A stretch of DNA of 32,000 nucleotides, from assembly GCF_051307035.1 (NCBI RefSeq), contig NZ_CP195536.1:1650001-1682000 (forward strand), given 5' to 3'. A model generated the notes under the pieces. That model did no database searches. It was not told where the DNA came from and worked only from the letters and a program-made list of their open reading frames with translations. A program made the translations under genes and the position numbers. Below, piece by piece: positions 23,101 through 30,142 of this stretch (within the stretch, counting starts at the first letter, position 1; the number at the start of each line of letters is the position of its first letter). Source of the stretch: Psychrobacter sp. DM4. Lineage in GTDB: Bacteria; Pseudomonadota; Gammaproteobacteria; Pseudomonadales; Moraxellaceae.

Positions 23101-23444
23101 GGCACACGAATCAAGGCTTCAGCCAGGCTCATAAGCAAGATACCCTCTTGAGTATCGAGGCTATATTCTAGCAGTAGCGAGTCTACCATCTTGATGGCTT
23201 TACCATCATTACGCACGTACTCAACGAGCTTACGTGTCTGCTCAGTGGCATCCGTGCGCTCTTGATCAGTAGGTTTTGCAAGGGGCAATAACGTGGTCAA
23301 GAACCGATCTTCATCGACGCTATACAAAGGCGAGATACGCGCGTATAGCTCAGCGCTTGAGTGATCTAAATATTCAGGCGCAAGCAAATCGATTGGATTG
23401 AATAAAATCGGCTCTTGTGGGGTAAACTTATCTATCGGGTGCAT
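20172..23444 (-). CDS. putA: Bifunctional proline dehydrogenase / L-glutamate-gamma-semialdehyde (P5C) dehydrogenase PutA, lacking the fused CTD and the N-terminal DNA-binding domain
   Basis: The PRODH region (LLEYSLDTQEGILLMSLAEALIRVPD, DALIRDK) and the ALDH region (FTGSTQTA, ETGGQNAMIVD, FGSAGQRCSACRIL, GLSGTGPKAGGPHY) are both present. I prefer ATG 23444 as the start (GGAG 5 nt upstream; MHPIDKF...). The track start at 23537 adds 31 aa of hydrophobic, non-homologous residues across a palindrome. Confidence 0.93.
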   Translation of the reverse strand: MHPIDKFTPQEPILFNPIDLLAPEYLDHSSAELYARISPLYSVDEDRFLTTLLPLAKPTDQERTDATEQTRKLVEYVRNDGKAIKMVDSLLLEYSLDTQEGILLMSLAEALIRVPDNYTADALIRDKMSIADWKKHLKDDNGFMVNASTWGMMMTGRVVSIDSSTTASGFLDRMTKKMGEPMIRGAMQRAMRIMGHQFVLGETIEEANKNSQPYRNKGYTYSFDMLGEAAVTHKDAEKYFNDYLHAVKATANVKVKEGMPKPSVSIKLSALHPRYEATQETQVMGLLRLRCMLLIEAAREVNVDLSIDAEEADRLEISLKLFESLYRDPLTKGWDGLGLVVQGYSKRAIAVFAWIARLAMEVGDRIPLRLVKGAYWDTEIKLAQQKGLSGYPVWTRKEGTDTAYLACARFLLSEHLRGLIWPQFATHNAHTLASVMTMSAHRDFEFQRLHGMGDALYDHILQAYQIPVRIYAPVGAHHDLLPYLVRRLLENGANSSFVHQLLDKSYPIDKLTVHPYDKLLTNEYLHNPDIPLPLDIYGKRCASFGSNIFVESQWTPLKAAINEQSEKTWSATSIVNGNAINEYDNNGTVQPLENHSVRAPWNHEVIAGEAYYANAAIATQAIDAAVAGQDAWQAVPASKRADTLRKIADLYEANYAELMALCQIEAGKTTQDSIDEIKEAVDFCRFYADEAERLETTSHEFTDLNGKRSKQVYKARGTIVCISPWNFPLAIYTGQIVAALAAGNTVVAKPAEQTSLIAHFGAQLMYQAGIPNEALQLVIGGGEVGAALTGADHLAGVVFTGSTQTAQRINQSLNNHAQASGELPILIAETGGQNAMIVDSTALPEQVVKDAVLSAFGSAGQRCSACRILCIQEDIADNLIELLQGNMAELIVGNPTYAATDVGPVIDSTAKQGLEAHIERMIAEPTATILAQTPMSASSVIGEDDATFVLPTAIEVQSIDVIGGEHFGPILHVLRYKARDLDKLIDAINATGFGLTLGIHSRIENIAEHIERRTVVGNTYINRNQIGAVVNVQPFGGCGLSGTGPKAGGPHYVARLMKLVIQTATTESLTTKSANTDQAALNNQIQTELA

Positions 23445-23523
23445 ACCAACTCCATAACTATCGTTTAAAAACCATAATAAATGGGGCGTCAAAGCTTTTA
23501 CCAAACTCAATGATAGAACAAGC

Positions 23524-23553
23524 CAGCTATGCATCATCTCTTATGCATAGCTG
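23524..23553. promoter_or_regulatory. 11-bp-arm inverted repeat in the putA leader/promoter region (candidate operator or 5'-UTR hairpin)
   Basis: CAGCTATGCAT-N8-ATGCATAGCTG, perfect arms, located between the candidate putA promoter and the putA start codon. Confidence 0.3.
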
Positions 23554-23567
23554 TCATTCATGACAAG

Positions 23568-23596
23568 ATTATAAAAGCAAAACCGCGCCATCACAA
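23568..23596 (-). promoter_or_regulatory. Candidate sigma70 promoter for putA
   Basis: On the minus strand: TTGTGA (23596-23591), a 17-nt spacer, then TATAAT (23573-23568), about 120 nt upstream of ATG 23444. This is a pattern match only. Confidence 0.35.
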
Positions 23597-24003
23597 AACA
23601 GGCAGGTCTGAGCGAGTCAGACACGGTTAAGTAGGTCGCTTGCGTGCTAAACGGGCTACATTAACAATATAAAGGCAATAAAAATTAAGCAGCATTAGTG
23701 CCTTCTTCTTGTTTGTAGTGAAAGGAGTGATCAACATTACGAGTAGACTCAAAATGGTAATCTGGCGGGGCTAATTCACTGTAAGAAAAACCTCTACGGC
23801 GTTGATTGAGGTGATGCGCTTAACCTCCTCATATTAGCATGAAATAATGCTGTGACCAACGATATTAATTGATTATTTCAACAGATATGTTATGTAAAAA
23901 CAAATAGATAGTACCTTGTTTAAGCAAAGATGAAGGTTTGGATTATTTTTCACTTTAAGGTTAACAAATACAATGACATAACTTATATTAAGTACGACTA
24001 TCC

Positions 24004-24053
24004 TAACTACAAACCCCTTTTCATCTTAGATGATAAAAAGGGGTTTGTAGTTA
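24004..24053. terminator. Long hairpin/palindrome downstream of the permease gene (probable terminator or mRNA stabiliser)
   Basis: 18-bp arms TAACTACAAACCCCTTTT / AAAAGGGGTTTGTAGTTA with a 14-nt centre that is itself partly palindromic (CATCT-T-AGATG). It lies 22 nt after the permease stop. There is no clean U-tract on either strand. Confidence 0.45.
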
Positions 24054-24074
24054 TCGCTATTGGTTCAATCTTGT

Positions 24075-25370
24075 CTATAAAAACACAATTTTTGCGAGTA
24101 AGACAATCGTCAACACCCAAACTGGAATGGTAATCTCAGAGAACCTACCGGTCATAAATTTGGCCGCGGTAAAGGTAATAAAGCCAAGCGCAATACCATC
24201 AGCAATAGAATAAGTCAGCGGCGTAAGCAGTAGCACGACCGCGACAGGCGCCGCTTCTGTCAGATCTTCCCAGTTGATGTCTTTTAGAGTAAAGAGCATC
24301 AACACTGATACATAGAATATCGCTCCAGCAGTGGCGTAAACAGGAATCATGCCTGCTAGTGGCGCAAAGAAAATACTGAGTAAAAACAGTACGCCAACGG
24401 TCACCGCCATCAAACCTGTGCGACCACCTGAAGCTACCCCTGATACACTTTCAATATAACTGGTCGTCGATGACGTACCAAGTAGAGAGCCTGCTACCGT
24501 CGCCGTTGAATCTGCCAATAGCGCTTTACCCATGTTAGGGATATTGCCATTCTTGTCAATCAACCCCGCTTTGCTAGTGATACCGACCAAACTACCAGCG
24601 GTGTCGAATAAATCAACGAATAAAAAAGCAAAGATAACACTAATCATAGTAATGTCGAATGCGCCTGCAATATCAAGCTGCATAAAGGTTGGCGCGATAG
24701 ACGGCGGCGCTGAGATAATACCTGTAAACTGCGTCTGACCTGCCAACAAGCTAATCACAGTGATGATCAAAATACCTATAGTCACCGCGCCTGGTATTTT
24801 TTTGTACACAAGGCCAATGATAAGAAAGAAGCCGAGTGCGGCCATCATCGGTGAGAACGATTTCATATCCCCTAAAGTAACCAAAGTCGCGTCTTGTCCG
24901 ATGATAATGCCAGAGCTTTGCAAGGCGATGAATGCTAAAAACGCGCCAATACCTGCCACAATGCCTTGCTTGAGCGCATTAGGAATAGCGTTGATAATCC
25001 ATTCACGTATCTTAAACAAGCTCAAGAGAATAAAAAGACACCCTGATAGAAATACAGCGCCAAGCGCCGTCTCCCACGCGTAGCCCATACCAAGTACCAC
25101 GCCATAAGTAAAAAAGGCGTTCAATCCCATACCTGGTGCTAGTGCGACAGGCAAACGGGCATAAATCCCCATGATAAAACAGCCGATGGCGGCGGCCAGA
25201 CAAGTCGCGACAAACACAGCCCCTTTGTCCATACCTGCTTCTGCTAGGACATTTGGATTGACGAAAATGATATAAGCCATCGTCAAAAAGGTGGTAATAC
25301 CAGCAAGGATTTCTGTTTTGATGGTGGTGTTGTCACCATTAATCCCAAAGTAGCGTTCTATTGCATTCAT
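24075..25370 (-). CDS. NCS2-family (AzgA-like) purine permease for adenine, guanine or hypoxanthine
   Basis: 431-aa polytopic ORF. EILAGITTFLTMAYIIFVNPNVLAEAGM, LAPGMGLNAFFTY and STTSYIESVSGVASGGRTGL are typical of the PurP/GhxP/AdeQ group. Confidence 0.9.
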   Translation of the reverse strand: MNAIERYFGINGDNTTIKTEILAGITTFLTMAYIIFVNPNVLAEAGMDKGAVFVATCLAAAIGCFIMGIYARLPVALAPGMGLNAFFTYGVVLGMGYAWETALGAVFLSGCLFILLSLFKIREWIINAIPNALKQGIVAGIGAFLAFIALQSSGIIIGQDATLVTLGDMKSFSPMMAALGFFLIIGLVYKKIPGAVTIGILIITVISLLAGQTQFTGIISAPPSIAPTFMQLDIAGAFDITMISVIFAFLFVDLFDTAGSLVGITSKAGLIDKNGNIPNMGKALLADSTATVAGSLLGTSSTTSYIESVSGVASGGRTGLMAVTVGVLFLLSIFFAPLAGMIPVYATAGAIFYVSVLMLFTLKDINWEDLTEAAPVAVVLLLTPLTYSIADGIALGFITFTAAKFMTGRFSEITIPVWVLTIVLLAKIVFL

Positions 25371-25450
25371 AAGTAGTGCGCCCAGCTTGCTTGTAGATAA
25401 AGGTAAAGTTGACAGTACTTTCTATGATAAGTACCCGTTTATCGTCAAAG

Positions 25451-25535
25451 ATAACAACGTTTAAAAGATAATAACGTTTAAAAGATAATAACGTTTAAAA
25501 GATAATAACGTTTAAAAGATAATAACGTCTATATG
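25451..25535. repeat. 17-bp tandem repeat array, 5 copies (3 perfect)
   Basis: Copies in order: ATAACAACGTTTAAAAG, then (ATAATAACGTTTAAAAG)x3, then ATAATAACGTCTATATG, with a further partial ATAATA... at 25536. Each unit contains the overlapping palindromes AACGTT and TTTAAA. The array is 81-165 bp upstream of the permease start codon and about 330 bp upstream of tolQ. Confidence 0.95.
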
Positions 25536-25865
25536 ATAATATACGACAGTAAGAATGATCTCTTACCGAAGGAGATAATGATATAAAAGGTAGTGTTAAC
25601 AAAGCGCAACATTTTAGATAAATTACGACATGATTTCAATCGTTACTCGTGCCTTATGGGTATAAAAGCTAAAGTAGAGCGATAATGTTCTTTAAAGGTA
25701 TCCACCTAACTCGCAAAATATTTATATTACCTTTATATAAGCGCTACTATGAGGATAAAATACACTCCATGCTTTTATTATAAAGGGCAGCTATCTTTAC
25801 GATGCATTACCTTTTAGAATATGCCGATTACTCAAGCCATCGTTACTTACTCGTGAGCGCCTCAA

Positions 25866-26588
25866 ATGCCTGAATCATTGAATATTATTGACCTTATTAC
25901 CGATGCCAGTTTATTGGTACAGCTTGTTATGGCGCTTCTACTATTAGCGTCTCTACTTAGCTGGGTCATTATCTTTCGCTTGAGCGCGCGTTTAGGTACT
26001 GCCAAACGCTTCGATACTCAATTTGAAACGTGGTTTTGGTCTGGTGAAGACTTAGCTAAGCTGTATCAAGGTATTCAAGGATCGCCTGATCGTCAGGGAC
26101 TTGAGCAGATATTTTATGTGGGGTTCTCAGAGTACCTAAGAATGCACAAAAAACGCCAGCCAAAAGATGACATCATTGATGGCGTTGAGCGCAAACTGCG
26201 TGTGGGTTTAGGGCGTCAGCAGCAGATGCTAGAGTCCGGTATACCAGCACTTGCCAGTATCGGTTCTGTCGCGCCTTATATCGGTCTGTTCGGCACAGTA
26301 TGGGGCATTATGAATGCCTTTTTGGGACTCTCACAAACGGAGCAAGCTACCCTAGCCTCTGTAGCACCTGGTATCGCAGAAGCCCTCATCGCTACTGCCA
26401 TGGGTCTGTTTGCCGCTATTCCTGCGGTACTCGCTTATAACCATTTTACTGCCAAATCTAGCCGACTCTACGAGTCTCGCGCGCTATTTTGTGATGAGAT
26501 GACGGGCATGCTACAACGCGAAACTAGCACGCAAAGTGCCCTTCTACGCGAGACGAGTATCGCACAAAACAAGGCGACCGGCCTATGA
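25866..26588 (+). CDS. tolQ: Tol-Pal system protein TolQ
   Basis: MotA/TolQ/ExbB-family motifs (SIGSVAPYIGLFGTVWGIMNAF, VAPGIAEALIATAMGLFAAIPAVLAYN). The TolQ assignment comes from the tolR-tolA-tolB context. Confidence 0.92.
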   Translation: MPESLNIIDLITDASLLVQLVMALLLLASLLSWVIIFRLSARLGTAKRFDTQFETWFWSGEDLAKLYQGIQGSPDRQGLEQIFYVGFSEYLRMHKKRQPKDDIIDGVERKLRVGLGRQQQMLESGIPALASIGSVAPYIGLFGTVWGIMNAFLGLSQTEQATLASVAPGIAEALIATAMGLFAAIPAVLAYNHFTAKSSRLYESRALFCDEMTGMLQRETSTQSALLRETSIAQNKATGL

Positions 26589-27043
26589 AATCTAGTCATT
26601 ACCAGCGACCCAAAAAAGCCCTCAATGCTAATATGAATGTCGTGCCTTATATCGATGTCATGCTCGTACTTTTGGTTATATTTATGGTCACAGCCCCTAT
26701 GCTAACTACAGGCGTCGATGTTGATTTGCCCAAAGAGCAAGCCAGTACTTTGACCCAAAATCAACTACCCGTTATCGTCTCCTTAACCGATAATGGTGAG
26801 ATCTTTATTAGTTATGAGAATAATATGGATATGCCGATCAGTGAGCCTGAACTCATAGAGGTACTCTCTAACCTGCAAGCTCAGTATCTAAGCTCAGGTG
26901 AGGCGCCTGTACAGGTCATGATCAATGCGGATCAAAACAACCAATATGGCTCTATCGTGGCACTTATGGCAAGCTTACAGCGAGCAGGTATTGCAAAAGT
27001 TGGACTATTAACAGGGGCGCCTTTACCCACTCCTCAGATATGA
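26585..27043 (+). CDS. tolR: Tol-Pal system protein TolR
   Basis: The ATGA start/stop overlap with tolQ indicates translational coupling. The ExbD/TolR motif is present (NVVPYIDVMLVLLVIFMVTAPM). Confidence 0.9.
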   Translation: MKSSHYQRPKKALNANMNVVPYIDVMLVLLVIFMVTAPMLTTGVDVDLPKEQASTLTQNQLPVIVSLTDNGEIFISYENNMDMPISEPELIEVLSNLQAQYLSSGEAPVQVMINADQNNQYGSIVALMASLQRAGIAKVGLLTGAPLPTPQI

Positions 27044-27143
27044 TCTATTTGATAAAGAATAGGCTAATTAGCAGTAATTATACTAATAAAACATTATCTA
27101 CTATCGCCATAACTGTTTTATAATCAATTATTTACTCTCATGT

Positions 27144-28187
27144 ATGAGTATCCTTGCAATGAATAATGCGCCTGTTGTCTTCTTACCGACTGAGCCTGAG
27201 AGCAATGGGCTAACCTTGCCTATGCTGCTCAGCCTGCTGGCGCATGGTATTGTCCTTGGTATTCTGATTTATCATTATCAAACACCTGTGATAGAGACCG
27301 CCGGCAGCATTGAAACCACGATGGTATCGCCTGAACAGCTGGCTCAGATGCAAGGACAAATACTAGCCAATCGAGCGGCTGCGGCAAGTGGACAGCAAAC
27401 AAGCGGCGATCCTAGTGACAGCTCAAACAGCGAAACTGCTAGTGAGCCTGTTAACCCTAATGTGTATACCTCTGAATCATCTAGTCGCTCGCAAACCTCA
27501 CAACCTAGCTCACGAAGCGTTCCCGTGTTTTTGCAATCGGATGACGCGGCTGATACCCCGATACTCATGAGTCAAGAGCGACAAGATCAATATGCTCGGC
27601 AGTCAGAAGAGTATCAGCGCAACCTTGCCGAGTGGTCAGCTGAGCAGCAAGCCATTACTGATGAAAGGTTAGCGCGTGTTGAGCAAAGAAAACAGCAAGA
27701 CGATAGAGCTATTAATAATAGGCTCAAAGAGTTTCAAGACAAGCAGCTTAATCCGCCCAAGATTGAAAGGCCAAAGAGTAACCAGCGTAATATAGAGATT
27801 ACCTCTGGTAGTTCAGGCAGTACTGGTAAGAGTTTTAGCCTATCAGATGGTGAATCGACGATATCTGGTGACACCTCAACGACTAGTACCCAATCTGGTG
27901 ATAGCCGTTCGGCAGGTGGTAGCTCCGGTGCGAGTAATAGTGAAATCGTGGCGCTTATCAGACGTAACTACCAGCCTCCAGTAGCGGCTAAAGGATCAAC
28001 GCAGCGCACGACTTTAACGATTACCGTTCGCTCAAATGGTGATGTGGCAAGTGTCACCGCATCAGGCCCTGATAATGCCGTCAATGAAGCGGCGCGCCAA
28101 GCGGTACTCAGTACTGGAAATCTGCCTATCGATACTGATGATCCCAAATATCCTACTTTCAATGTACAATTCAAAGGTAGCAACTGA
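27144..28187 (+). CDS. tolA: Tol-Pal system protein TolA
   Basis: N-terminal TM anchor, a long charged E/Q/R/K-rich and S-rich central region, and a small C-terminal globular domain. Position between tolR and tolB. Confidence 0.8.
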   Translation: MSILAMNNAPVVFLPTEPESNGLTLPMLLSLLAHGIVLGILIYHYQTPVIETAGSIETTMVSPEQLAQMQGQILANRAAAASGQQTSGDPSDSSNSETASEPVNPNVYTSESSSRSQTSQPSSRSVPVFLQSDDAADTPILMSQERQDQYARQSEEYQRNLAEWSAEQQAITDERLARVEQRKQQDDRAINNRLKEFQDKQLNPPKIERPKSNQRNIEITSGSSGSTGKSFSLSDGESTISGDTSTTSTQSGDSRSAGGSSGASNSEIVALIRRNYQPPVAAKGSTQRTTLTITVRSNGDVASVTASGPDNAVNEAARQAVLSTGNLPIDTDDPKYPTFNVQFKGSN

Positions 28188-28348
28188 AAATAGCGACTTT
28201 GAGATAATTAGGTGTCGTTTAGAGACGATAACTGGTTATTTTTAATACTATTTTGATAGATATTACCGTAATGAGCTTGCGCCTAGTGCTCCATTAGCCT
28301 ATTTTGATACTCAAATAATTTTATATTACTCTCATCTAGGAGTCTGAT

Positions 28349-29647
28349 TTGGTTATGCGTACTCACAAAACACTTTTGCTTACTTTGCTTACTGGCGTGT
28401 CAAGTTTGCTAGTAGCGCCAAACTTACTGGCAGCGCCCGTTGTACTAGAGCTAGATTATGATATCCCTGTACAACAAAACCAAGTGGCGTTTGTGCCATT
28501 TGCTGGTGACTCTACCTTATCATCTGTCATCTTGAATGATTTGAGTAGAACTGAGCTTAATGTGACTAGCAAAGGCTTGCCGCAGCAGCCTCGTAGCATC
28601 ACTGAACTATCGGGCACTCTACCCGTCTGGCAAAGTATGGGTATTCCTTATTTGGTCGTCGGTAGCACGCGCAGCAATCGTGGCAAAATCGTCACCGATT
28701 ACGAAGTCATAGACGTAAAAGCGGGCCGAACCATAGAGGGCAAGCAGACCCTAAGTGCTGATAACAATAGCCAAAGCTTACGTTATGCAGGTCACGTCAT
28801 CGCTGACAAGGTCTATGAGTTGATTACCGGTATACCAGGCGACTTCTCAGGACGCATTGCTTACATCGAAGAGACTGGCGTTGGTATAAACAAAGTTTCA
28901 CGTCTAAAAGTCATGGACGCTGATGGGGAAAATGGCAACACTATCACCGAGGTAAACGGTTCTATCTTTTCGCCCGCTTGGTCCCCTGATGCCAGTCGCA
29001 TCGCCTATACAGTACAACGAGACAAATCCTACCCTGTCATTTACGTACAAAACGTCAGCGGTGGCGGTGCAACGACAGTAACGCCCTATAAGGGCAGTAA
29101 CATGAGTCCTGCGTTCTCACCAGATGGTAGCAAAATTCTGTTCTCAAGTAGCTTTGAGGGTAGCGCTGATATTTATGAGATCAATGCAGGCGGTGGTAAC
29201 TTGCGCAAACTGACCAATTGGCCAAGTAGCGAAGTTCAGCCAAATTACGCGCCTGACGGTAGATCTTTTGTTTTTGTCTCTGACAAGACTGGCTTTAATA
29301 AACCACAAATATACCGCTATGAGTTTGGCTCTGGCCGCATCTCAAAAGTATCTAACAGCGGTTATGCTACTACGCCCAAATTCAATAATGACGGATCGCA
29401 AATTGGGTTTTTGAGTGGCTCATCAGCAGCGATTATGAACAGTAGCGGTCAGGTGGTCACCAACATTGGCAATACGGGTATGGATGAAGGCGTTAGCTTC
29501 TCCCCTAACGGCAAACGCGTGGTCTATGCCTCAAGCCAAGGCGGCAAAGGCGTCATTACTATCAAATCGCTAAATGGTGGTAAGGCGTTTGGTAAGTCAG
29601 GTCAAGGCGTCATCAAGTCTCCTGTGTGGTCTGCAAGCCCAAACTAA
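28349..29647 (+). CDS. tolB: Tol-Pal system periplasmic beta-propeller protein TolB
   Basis: Signal peptide, and repeated propeller blades (SPAWSPDASRIAY, SPAFSPDGSKILF, QPNYAPDGRSFVF, SFSPNGKRVVY). TTG 28349 is 6 nt after AGGAG (28338-28342). An alternative ATG is at 28355. Confidence 0.95.
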   Translation: MVMRTHKTLLLTLLTGVSSLLVAPNLLAAPVVLELDYDIPVQQNQVAFVPFAGDSTLSSVILNDLSRTELNVTSKGLPQQPRSITELSGTLPVWQSMGIPYLVVGSTRSNRGKIVTDYEVIDVKAGRTIEGKQTLSADNNSQSLRYAGHVIADKVYELITGIPGDFSGRIAYIEETGVGINKVSRLKVMDADGENGNTITEVNGSIFSPAWSPDASRIAYTVQRDKSYPVIYVQNVSGGGATTVTPYKGSNMSPAFSPDGSKILFSSSFEGSADIYEINAGGGNLRKLTNWPSSEVQPNYAPDGRSFVFVSDKTGFNKPQIYRYEFGSGRISKVSNSGYATTPKFNNDGSQIGFLSGSSAAIMNSSGQVVTNIGNTGMDEGVSFSPNGKRVVYASSQGGKGVITIKSLNGGKAFGKSGQGVIKSPVWSASPN

Positions 29648-29662
29648 ACCGTTTATAGTACT

Positions 29663-29697
29663 AAAAAGCGCCTGATAGTGTTGTCAGGCGCTTTTTA
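29663..29697 (+). terminator. Rho-independent terminator immediately after tolB
   Basis: 9-bp GC-rich stem AGCGCCTGA / TCAGGCGCT, 8-nt loop, T5, starting 16 nt after the tolB stop. Confidence 0.9.
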
Positions 29698-29880
29698 TTG
29701 AGGTAGACAAAGACCCTATTCGCTAGGATCATAATCGGGCGGATTGTAATGTCTGCGCTACGTCTTTGGCAATATATAATACTTGATGACCTTGTTGACA
29801 CCAATCAATAACAAAATCATCTGATATCAATTTACAATATACTAATTCTCTTTTTTAGTAATGATAATATCGAGCCTACG

Positions 29881-30078
29881 ATGAGACTTCTTACACTCAA
29901 CTATCCTCTATTTTACACTTTTTGTGTCGCTCTGCTTCTTACTGGCTGCCAATCCTTTCAGTTCGGAGGTAGCCCTATCCCCGTAACCGCAACCCCTACG
30001 ACAAGTGGCTCAGATACCTCTATTACCGATCCAATCGGCCCAAAGTCAGTAAGCGACATCTCTTTGGACGATAAGTAA
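29881..30078 (+). CDS. Small (65 aa) putative outer-membrane lipoprotein
   Basis: Signal peptide with a canonical lipobox (ALLLTGC-QS; +2 is Gln, not Asp), a P/T/S-rich mature part, and a terminator directly downstream. The RBS is weak. Confidence 0.5.
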   Translation: MRLLTLNYPLFYTFCVALLLTGCQSFQFGGSPIPVTATPTTSGSDTSITDPIGPKSVSDISLDDK

Positions 30079-30082
30079 AGAC

Positions 30083-30110
30083 AAAAAAAACGCCTTTATC
30101 GGCGTCTTTT
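30083..30110. terminator. Bidirectional terminator between the small lipoprotein and the flavodoxin-like gene
   Basis: A8-ACGCC-tttatc-GGCGT-CTTTT. On the minus strand the stem is followed by T8. Confidence 0.7.
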
Positions 30111-30142
30111 ATATCAATGAATCTTTGACTAAGAACAACGAG

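Noticed and set aside
23445-23537. A 31-aa N-terminal extension of the putA track ORF (MMHSWLVLSLSLVKALTPHLLWFLNDSYGVG).
   Set aside because: It is hydrophobic and non-homologous, and it runs across the 23524-23553 palindrome. ATG 23444 has a GGAG at proper spacing, and homology to PutA begins just after it.
23788-23816. A possible minus-strand terminator (ACCTC-N13-GAGGT followed by TTTTTCTT) that could mark the end of an sRNA.
   Set aside because: The stem is only 5 bp with a 13-nt loop, and I could not identify a matching promoter upstream. The evidence is too weak to annotate. It is noted under the putA-upstream finding.
23930-24133. A 67-aa plus-strand ORF between putA and the permease gene.
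   Set aside because: It reads straight through the 50-bp palindrome/terminator and overlaps the permease 3' end. The sequence is AT-rich and low-complexity, and there is no RBS.
25371-25450. A purine riboswitch in the 5' leader of the NCS2 permease gene.
   Set aside because: I read the minus-strand leader and found no conserved purine-riboswitch junction sequences or three-way-junction arrangement. Only a short inverted repeat (GTACTT-N8-AAGTAC) is present.
25569-25586. AAGGAG followed by a mini-ORF ATG-ATA-TAA.
   Set aside because: The SD-ATG spacing is only 3 nt and the ORF has 2 sense codons. This is most likely chance in AT-rich DNA.
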